From NCBI GenBank assembly GCA_951406725.2, contig OX597834.1, forward strand, positions 10,416,001-10,480,000: a stretch of DNA of 64,000 bases. Direction: 5' to 3'. The DNA is from Octopus vulgaris (Eukaryota). The translations under genes and the position numbers were made by a program. Below, one piece after another: positions 54,682 to 64,000 of the stretch; positions within the stretch are counted from its first letter, which is position 1; every line of letters starts with the position of its first letter. The notes beneath the pieces are model-generated. The model was not told where the DNA came from, did no database searches, and saw only the letters and a program-made list of their open reading frames with translations.

Positions 54682-54964
54682 GTGTCATGGGGAAATTTCG
54701 AACCTGGGATCTCATTCCTAAGGTAATTTTTCATGTTGGTTAAGATCGCAGGCTACTAACACCAATATTCCGTGTTCGATTTCAGACAGTGTCCTGAATA
54801 ATAATAATAATAATAATAATATCAAAAATTACCTTAGGAATGAGAACCCAGATTCGAAATTTCCCCAAGACACGTGATGAAGGCTGGAGCGTATATCAGA
54901 CGAAACGTTGTGTTAACAACAAACAAGATGTGGACAAATATCCGTCAAATGTAAATAAAGTACA
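54682..54964 (+). mobile_element. Second copy of the tRNA-head/hammerhead element
   Basis: ggttaagatcgcaggctactaacaccaatattccgtgttcgatttc head, (TAA)n, same tail ending gtaaataa. 54682-54731 is an inverted copy of 54824-54873. Confidence 0.75.
54869..54914 (+). ncRNA. Degenerate copy of the same hammerhead
   Basis: gacac-GTGATGA-A-ggctg(gagcgtatat)cagac-GAAACGTT-gtgtt. C3G substitution and one stem II mismatch. Confidence 0.65.
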
Positions 54965-55130
54965 GATGTGAAATCTTATTGACTTATATGAGACTAGAGA
55001 AAATGTTTCTTTGTTTCTTTCGGTCAGAGTGATCTATTAGAATTTGTGAGACTGTATCCTTTCCTCTCAATCTAAGCTTAGAGGAATTCGATCACACGTC
55101 ACCTCTATCTTATATATATATATATATATA

Positions 55131-56170
55131 CTAGCAGAGATACCCGGCGTTGCTCGGGTTTAAAATGGCATAGTTTGTGTATAATAGATTACTGTTATGT
55201 TGAAATAGGTGATATGAGAAAGTGCAGCATTGAAAACAAAAGTTTTGTGGAGTAAATGCTTGGTTAATTTAATACATAAAGCATATGTATTAAATTTTAA
55301 TTTAAGTGTATATATGTAACTGTAAATACCTTGCAACGTTGCAACTACTGTGATAATTATTAACTGGTGATTGAACGGTAAATGTGTATTTTTATATACC
55401 TTGGGCCTCCAACCGCATTGTTTTTTGGTCAAGAGTTTCACCTTCCGCCGTTCGTTATGTCAGTCAATAATACACTGACACACCATTCTGCTGTGGTGGC
55501 CGTAAGAACGGAAAGTTGCCGATCTGTAATGTTGTTAACATTAGGAAGTAAATTATTCATTTATTTCAAATATAGTAGAAATGAGATTATAAAAATATAA
55601 TAGAAATAAGATGATCTTAGAAACTGTTGGAGATTTTCATCCGACAACCGTTTGTGTGTGATGATAACTTTTTGGTATGATGCAAAATGGAGCAGAGCCA
55701 TTTGAGGTGCAGTACTTATGTCTTAGAGTTGTGTAACGCTAGAAACATTGCTGTAGATGATGGATGATAAGAGGAGAGACAGCATATGTAAGGCGCTGTC
55801 TCTAAAGCACTTACGGTCTAAACCCAATATCACATCATCTATTTTATTTTCGTGGTTGATCTTTAGGATTCTACAATTATTATATTTTGCTTCGTGTAGA
55901 GGTACAACAAGGGAAAAGAGTTTTGAAAGTGAGGATGGGCGAGAGTAGAGAAGAGAATGGTAATGCTGTATAACGTTTCCTGTCCGGATTTCTGAGGACC
56001 CAGGAGGATGTCATGCAGTAAATGACAGATTTGCTATTCATGCGGGCAATGCAGCTTAAGATGTTGTCGGAGGTTTCTGCCATCTGTCTCTGTCTCCACA
56101 CATATATATATACCCACACGTATACTTGCATGTATGTATGTATGAAAGACACGTATATGTTAAAAGACAT
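55131..56170 (-). mobile_element. Helitron 3' end (5' boundary uncertain)
   Basis: a|ctagcagagatacccggcgttgctcggg is the same hairpin + CTAG on the minus strand, inserted in (TA)n. Confidence 0.5.
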
Positions 56171-57755
56171 CAAAAATACTTTCTAAAGGAAAAATTGTAG
56201 AATTTTTCTGAATTCAATCAGCCAAATACGAACTCCAATTATCCTGCGTTGGAAATGACTCTAATGTCTTTGGTCTTATTGTTCAGAATTTATTATTATA
56301 TAAATATATTTACATACTTTTGCCAGTCTTCTTAACGACCATTAAATAGTATCTTACAAGAAATTTAAACAACGGCTAGGCAACATAAATCATCACTTTA
56401 GAAAATTTATAAAAATAACTCGAGGCCAAGCAATTTATAGTCAAGTTCTGGATATTATAGTCGAGTCTGTGAGACGAAATTTGTTTTTCAATCATTGCAA
56501 TTATCACCTTAATGAGAAGAAAAAGGTGCCGGTGTCGGAATACTTAGTGCGTCATAGAAAATGCCTTGTGGCATTTGTTCTTGATTTTACAATACTGCGT
56601 TCACATGTAGACAATATTTTCCGTTCAGTTTATCTTTAGTCGTTTCATTAGAGTTTATAAATGTTCTTGTACTTGTGACCATTTATCTGTTATTTGTTTC
56701 AGCCGTTGGACTGTGGGTCCCCCTGGCGCATCTGATCGAGAGGGGTCGAACGAATCAACCCCTGTTCTTAATTATTAAGCCCGGTTCTTATACCACCAGT
56801 CAATTTTTTCCCGAAATGGGGACGTAAATAACATTGGTTTTCAAAGGGTAACGGAGGGCAAACACAAAAAACAATAACACACTTATGAGCACACACATAC
56901 GCATGCTGCGAGATTATCTCTGTTTCCGTCTACAAAATCCCCTCATAAACTTTTGGTCGGGCATGTGTTGTAGTAGTAAAATTTTCCCAAAATGCAACGC
57001 ATTGGGATTGAATCCAGAACCATTATTTAATAGAAAGTAAGCGTTAGAGTTACTAAAACAGTACTATTTGGAGAATGCTGAAGTCTACAAATTCCATTCT
57101 GCAAAATAAAATAAAAACATGTAGCAATGGAGATAGTCTAGTAACTGACGGGGCGCTAACAGATATTAGATCTCACAGGAAAGCATAGACACATGGGGGA
57201 ATCGAGGACATAAGAAACACGAGATATAGTATAAAATAATAAACTCGAAGCAACTTTAATCATTCATGTTGAAATTTTCCCTAAGCATGTCATTTGAGTT
57301 TAAAAAAAGCATAGAACTGCATGTGGCCGTATTAAAACAGGTGAGCCATATGTATGTATATATATATATATATATATATTGTATATATAAAAAATTGTTG
57401 TGTGAGTTGTTTAACTTAACTCGTTCAGAGCACCGCGACGCGTAATAACGGAAGTCTGAGTTCGAGTCTCATAGCCAGCTGCCAACACTTTTTTCTGCAA
57501 AATAAGGTTAGATTATCCTCTTCAGGCTATGTTATTAGCATTATCCTGTGTTTGAGAATTTAAAATCTCTTCTTTAACTTTCTAAGATATCTCAATGCTT
57601 CTAAAGTAAACTTCGTTTGTTTGTTTGCGTTCATCGTAATTTGAATTTGTGTGCGTGTGTGTGTATATATACATATATATATAGACACATATCTGTATAC
57701 ATATATATATGTATATATAAATATGTGTGTGCATACACACACAAACACACACGCA

Positions 57756-57797
<42 letters not shown>

Positions 57798-58209
57798 GAG
57801 AGACAGACAGACAGATAAACAAAAACATAGATAGATAAAATTAAAAGTTTACTTATTATTTGACCAGTCGCCGGTTTCTAATTGTTTGTTGTTTACAAAG
57901 AATATATAGCCTAGACATATTTTGATTCTAATTTAGTTCCATATAGAAATTCAAAACAACCTACTTAATTATAATACGATAATTAATTTGAGTCAGAATA
58001 TTTTGTTTGGTGCTTCGGGGGAATTTATCAACTGTCACTTTTATCACTTCCTATATTTTCACGTTCGCTAACTGAGTAATAACAGATCTAATAGATAACT
58101 GTCATTTCCAGACGTGTGAAAAAAACATGAAGCATGTACGCGATATATAGGAACAGCGATCGAGGTGCTCCAGTATGACCACGGCTGCATGGCTGAAACT
58201 AGCAAAAGA

Positions 58210-58262
<53 letters not shown>

Positions 58263-58789
58263 TATAAATTTTAATTTAGGGTATGGAAATAGCAGTCAAA
58301 AATTGACTCTAAAACCACAGGTTTCGACTGCTATTTCCAGCGTGGTGGTATCTCTTAGGTACCCTAAATTATAATTTTATATAATTATTACATTTGAAGG
58401 TTTTTATTCCCATGCTGGCCACCCGATAGGATCGGTATTTAAATATCGATCTTATCCTTATATATATAAATTTATATATATATATATATATAAATTTTTA
58501 TAAATATATATATATATATATATAGTGGTGCAGGAGTGGCTGTGTGGTAAGTAGCTAACATACCAACCGCATGGTTCCAGGTTCAGTCCCATTGTCTGGC
58601 ACCTATAGTTTGGGGCGGACCAAAACCTTGTGAGTAGATTTGGTAGACGAAAACTGAAAGAAGCCCATCGTGTATATACATATGTATGTATGTCGGTGTA
58701 TGCGAGCGTAATTGAATATATAGATAGTTCGGTTGGTATATAGAAGGATAATTAGTTTAGCCTGAATCTAGCTTGTATCTTGGAATGAG

Positions 58790-59560
58790 CCTTGGTGTTG
58801 TGTGTTGTAATTGAGTGTGCGCTTTCGGACCTAAGGTTCTTCCTCAAAGTTTTTAATTCATGTTTTCCGTGCTTTCTTGATTTCAATTTTTCGCTCTTTC
58901 ACGTTGAAAAATCCTTGACTCAGTTCACGAGTCTCCATGCATCCAGCACATTACGACGGTTCAGGCTAGCTGCTTGTTCCCCTCCCCCACCAAGAAAAAT
59001 ATACTCCTGTCATTCTACAGTTAATTGCATCCCTCCATCTCACTAATATGCGAGTGCTGTCGCCTTGTATAGATTTTTCTTCAACCTAACTTAAAAGTGT
59101 TTCCAGGTCGATCCTATGTACGCCGCCCCGCAAGAGCACGAATTCATGTGCGTCACGTTGGATTTCAAGCATAACCAGGCGCTGTCTGCTGATTGGGTCG
59201 TTTGGACTGGATATTGGTTTTGGCAGCATGCATGTGGCATTTTGCTGGTGTGCGCTAGGTAGTATTTGAGCTTGTGATTCTGACAGAGAGGCCAGATTTC
59301 CTGATGCAGTGTCTTAACTATTTCTGCACCACCTCACAGAGTAGGGTAGGTCGATGTAAATTCAGTTTTTATTTTTCCTTCTGACGCACTCCGCTCTGTT
59401 TTAATTGATGTTATTGCCGCCACTTCTTTGGCTGTTTATGGTCCCCGTCTCTGAGTTACCAGTCTGGTTATTGTCCTTGCCCTCATTTTGGGGGTTGTGT
59501 GTCTTTGTGGTTTTCACCACTGTTTACAATTATCTTTGGAAATACTCGGTTGGAACATTT
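58790..59560 (-). mobile_element. Possible old relative of the ORF1 element
   Basis: GC-richer decayed frame with PS*CAGCMETRELSQG (knuckle-like) followed by K/R-rich sequence. Confidence 0.3.
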
Positions 59561-59873
59561 TTTTTTGCCCTTAAACGAACCCAAATGATTTGCTCGTCTC
59601 TTCTTAAAAATTAATGATGTCCCACCGATGTAAAAAAAATCCCATGCCCTCAGATGTAACTATGCATCTATATATTACATTTCTAGTTGTACACTTATTT
59701 ATCATATAACAGGATTCCCGTTTAGAACAATTTCAAAGATAGCCTTGTTTTATTTCCGCCAGATTTACTTTCAATTTGATCATTGATTGTTGAATTAAAT
59801 TCATTTCCACCAAGTTCTCTATTACAATTTACTCCTTTAGATAACGGTATTTTTTCGATTTCTAGCTGAAATT

Positions 59874-60250
59874 TTAGCAGTATCGCCCGGCGTTGCTCGG
59901 GTTTGTAAGGGAAATAACTATATAAGCATTTTTAGAGATGTAAAGTACAATAGCCATCTCAATATGGCTAACCACAAAGGGGGGTATTACTGTAGCTTTT
60001 TACGTTCTGAGATTTAATAATACATTTTTAGAGAGTTACTTCCCTTATGTAATAGCAAACAAAATGCATTAAAAATGGGGAAAAAATTATGGTAATTTTT
60101 TTAAAAATCGCGCTAATACCCAGAAGGGCTCGATATGAATCACGACTATAAGATACACGCTTTTGGTTACACTGCACCGCAAAATGTGGGAGTAGTTAGG
60201 AATCTAAATCGTAGGAGACAGACACACAACTTCACTTTTATATATAAAGA
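59874..60250 (-). mobile_element. Non-autonomous Helitron (same family as 42084)
   Basis: TC start at 60250, same body and hairpin, CTAA end. Confidence 0.85.
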
Positions 60251-60689
60251 TTAGTTTGGATTGTTTCTCTTTCCATGACATTTAACTTCTTAGCGTTCCC
60301 TTTTATTTGAGTTTCTTTATTCCATTTGACGTTATTATGCGTCGAATTTTTTTACGCTATTCTAATTGTAATCGTTCTTTTGAAATTTCGACATTATTTT
60401 AATAGTATGTGTTGTTATATTTTGTGCAATATTACGATTAAGACAATAAGTTAATCTAATGTTATGGCGATTAAAAATTACGTAAAATTAAAAATTACGT
60501 AACATCAATTGTTTCTTGTAAAATGTTTTTGAATTGCTACATTAAACAATTTGGAAAAATTGTAATTGACCTGTTTACCAAATGGAACAATTAACTATAA
60601 AGTATTCCTCCGATTGAGATCATAATTTCGATGCTTACAACTGTTTTTTGAAGGAGAAAGTATTCTCTGGTTTCGATCCATTTTAAAGT

Positions 60690-60997
60690 TAGGGTTAGTT
60701 AAGTTAAGTTAAGTTAAGTTAATCTTTTGGCTCAAAAAGCAAAAAGCAAGGCCATGTATGGGGACATGGAGTTATGTACAGAGATGGTGTTCATGCAAAG
60801 AGTTCAGACCATTTCTGGTCAAGAGAGACTGAACCGAGCGGTCGTCGGCATCTTCACTATCTCGTCCGGCAGCTTATTTCACGGATCCGTAACCCGGACG
60901 GAGAAATCCCCTCTCCTTCGATTGAGATGAAATCGTCGCAGATAGAACTTTTCGGAGTGACCCCGCAGCAGACGCTCTGGAGCAGGAGTGAAGCTTT
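60690..60997 (-). mobile_element. CR1-type LINE 3' end with (TTAAC)n tail
   Basis: LRGHSEKFYLRRFHLNRRRGDFSVRVTDP*NKLPDEIVKM, the characteristic CR1 ORF2 C-terminus; gttaa repeats at 60699-60722. Confidence 0.8.
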
Positions 60998-61099
60998 GAT
61001 TGTAATCTTTAAACCTTTTCGCCGATTTTATATTAAAAGAATTCGAAATTTTATTTGAGAATACTACATCCTCCTTTCCATTAGCAGTATGAGGATTTT

Positions 61100-61990
61100 T
61101 AACTTGGTTATCAACAAGTTAGAGATTCTTTTCTTTTGTTATAAATTTAAATTTTCAGCTTTTTATTCTCACTACTAATATTACCTATTCTTGTTATATT
61201 AGTGAAATTGAAAATTTGATTTTAAATATCCATTACTACATTTGTTATAAGTAGATTTGTTATGGTACTAGATTTTTAGGTCTACAATATTAGAATTGCT
61301 ATTTAAATCAGATTCGATATTTGACTCATTAAACTTCATTTTATCATTATACCTGCTTTCCTAAGTGCCAAGCTATAGCCGTCTTCATTAAGTTTGAAAA
61401 TATTCTCATTGGCAGACAACTTGCTTATTCAAGACTAAAAGTTCCTTATTAGTGAGTTTGGTACTGATTTAAAATAATTGCTCCCAATATTTGTATATTT
61501 TATCTTTTAATTATGTTTATGAAAGGACTTCTAAATTCCTTTTTTAATCTGCAACGTACCATCTAAGAGTCATATTGATCTTCTATCGTTATAGATAGAC
61601 CTATATTTTTAAAGAATCTTCAACATGTTTTTCTATAATTTTCCAACATTCTACTAGACGTGTTTAAAATTGTAAAAAGTGCATCACTCCTATATAAACA
61701 TCTTGCTATTTTAGGGAATTCCCTAAGAGAAAACAATATACAAATTCCTATCAAATCAATATATCGTGCCGGGTATATAGAACACAAAATTAAGTCAAAC
61801 ATATTCGGTATATCCTTCCTAATCCAATATTTATTCTCAAATTTAATCATTTATTTCCTAGCCGCCAAATTAACATCTATTTCATCCTTAGTTATCTCCG
61901 ATTTTTCCTTTGCAAACACATTGCCTTATTTAGGAGTATTGGATTTATAGAAGCATAGTGAGTATGAAACTCTACCTGGATAAATTTAGT
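61100..61990 (-). mobile_element. Penelope-like element RT remnant
   Basis: MFDLILCSIYPARYIDLIGICILFSL..LYRSDAL (degenerate FDVTMGS..LYRDD), GLSITIE, ISKLSANENIF..LALRK. Confidence 0.7.
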
Positions 61991-62006
61991 TTTAGCCTTA
62001 TTTTGC

Positions 62007-62045
<39 letters not shown>

Positions 62046-62047
<2 letters not shown>

Positions 62048-62241
62048 ACGGGAAGGTTTACGAAAATAAACAAAAGACGAAGGCAGGTGGAGTACAAACA
62101 AACAAATGTATTAGTATGGCGCTCAGGATCAGAAATAGAAAAAGTCTTTTACGTTTCGAGCCTACGCTCTTCGGCAGAAAGATACACAGAAGAAACAAGG
62201 AGAGAAAAAATGCGTTGATGAGCTAACGATCTATCATGGCG
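62046..62241 (-). mobile_element. ~200 bp non-autonomous hammerhead-bearing element inserted in (TA)n
   Basis: Homologous to 18097-18308; (TA)n on both sides. Confidence 0.75.
62145..62182 (-). ncRNA. Minimal hammerhead-like motif with variant core CUGCCGA
   Basis: Minus strand: tcttt-CTGCCGA-A-gagc(gtag)gctc-GAAA-C-GTA-aaaga. Stems I and II pair perfectly. Confidence 0.6.
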
Positions 62242-62308
<67 letters not shown>

Positions 62309-62499
62309 TTAATGCAGTATAAATGACACTGAGGACATTTCATAACATGTGTGGTCCTTCATGCAATCTACAGACTGGACTCAGTTGTTATATGCATGAT
62401 AAGATAGGACGATAGAAGAAGAGAAAATAGCATCAAAGGCGAGAGGGAAGTGGATGTATAAAGTGAAACGGGGAAAACACCGGAAAACTAACAGAAAAC

Positions 62500-63300
62500 T
62501 GGAAAAGGCAAACTAAGAAGTAGAAAGGGGAGAATTAGAATTACGTCCCCTTTGAGCGTAAAGCCATAATAAGGCTGAACGGATAGGGATCTAATGTGAA
62601 CAGAAACGCCACTAAATCAGGAGAGGGTGCTATTTTCTAATTTGCCAACAGGAATTTATCCATATGTTTACACCCTCTCAAAGCGTCAGATCTGGTATCC
62701 AGCAATGAAATTGAGTTCTTAGATCAGAAAATGATCTGCTATTTCGGTGAGTCACAGGTACAGAAAAATATTCAACAGACACTCGATTTAATTACCATTA
62801 AGCTGCTTTCTCAATATGAAGACCATCATTACACACAAACGAGATGAAAAGCCTACTTCCGCTTGTAACTGTTGAGACGCAGGAACTTGTGCCATCCACC
62901 AGGGGTGCATGTTTAAATCAATCATATATGGGGCAGAATTTACAACAGTGCTAGATAACATAAGCGAAAAGAAGGGTTACACTGCGTTGAGGTTACTTCA
63001 AAAATCGCTGTGCCGACCATATATCTTCCTTCAGCTACAAAGATGACAGGAAGCAACTAAGCTGGTAAGCCACGTATGGGGTTTGAGGTCTAACGCCACA
63101 CCACATACAATCAATTGGAATATAGCTGAAAAGTCCATGCCAGATGTTAATGGATAAAAAATGCAAGCTATGCAGACTCTATTCAGATCTAAGAACTCCA
63201 CCACAATGCAGAATTGCAGATCTCGTCCATGTTTATTTTTGTTTCATATTATCCCGTTAAAAGGTTTTTTTATGTCCTGCATCTCCGCTTACGCGATAAT
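62500..63300 (+). mobile_element. Penelope-like element linker and GIY-YIG endonuclease remnant
   Basis: RKIFNRHSI..SCFLNMKTII, CNC...C, KSIIYGA..GY, FKNR..HISSF, KLVSHVWGL..TINWNI..CKLC. Confidence 0.75.
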
Positions 63301-64000
63301 TGTTTACTCACTGAAATTATTTTTCATTCATTCATCTTTCAACGTTTTATGCAATAAAACTGTCAATGTACAACAATTTTAATCATCACAATTTGGGCTG
63401 ATTATAGCCATCCCGTGAAGGAATTATTTGGCTGGGATGGTCGATTCTGGTTTATTTTATTCCAGTGTGTGTGTGTGTATATATGTGTGTGTGCGTATGT
63501 GTATATTAATGTGTGTCTGTATGGGTGTGTGTTTTCGCTCCTCCTCGACGCTCGACAACCTATGCCTGTCTGTTTTGTACTCGTAACCTGGCGTTTCAAC
63601 ACCAAAAATGAAGAGCTTACTTTCAAAACTGGTCTAAGTCATATTTGGTCGATTCCATGATAACCATTAAAACACAATCTGCAAGATGCTGGCTTTTTCC
63701 CATTAAACTGTGATACATGCCATATAGACTTTAGGCGAATCTTAGTCTTCCAATCAAAATGAGATATATTCAAGTTGTTGTTTTAAACAAGTACTCAAAA
63801 GTCATTCTGATGCATAGATTTGGTTTTGAAAGTAAGCTTTTCAAAAAGTTTAGGACAAAGGTACTGGGGTCGATCAGTTCGACCAAAACTTTGATGGCAG
63901 TGCTCCAGTGTGGCCACAGTGATACAACTGAAACAAGTAAACATCAAAAGGAATACGACTTGCTAAGTCGAAAATATTTATTATTGCTCCTAATAAATGA

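Noticed and set aside
57420-57495. tRNA gene (gagttcgagtctc followed by a T run); likewise all SINE heads
   Set aside because: No complete cloverleaf; at most a tRNA-derived repeat head.

Overview
Very AT-rich, microsatellite-dense eukaryotic DNA, almost certainly an octopus/coleoid cephalopod (inferred from the SINE families). Nearly all supplied ORFs are microsatellite or SINE artefacts. The window is mostly transposon-derived: three abundant tRNA-headed SINE families, R4/Dong-like RLE LINE remnants, a CR1-type 3' end, an ORF1-only retroelement, Penelope-like RT and GIY-YIG remnants, non-autonomous Helitrons and a MITE. The only plausible host-gene signal is a candidate + strand terminal coding exon at 32786-32956, inside a ~10 kb SINE-free stretch that may be a long 3' UTR. 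The main finding is a set of short non-coding retroelements carrying minimal Penelope-type hammerhead ribozymes. One family (50.0 and 54.7 kb) joins a tRNA-like head, a (TAA)n tract and a hammerhead tail, with 5' inverted duplications: a candidate SINE mobilised by Penelope-like elements. A second family (18.1 and 62.0 kb) sits in (TA)n and has a non-canonical hammerhead core.
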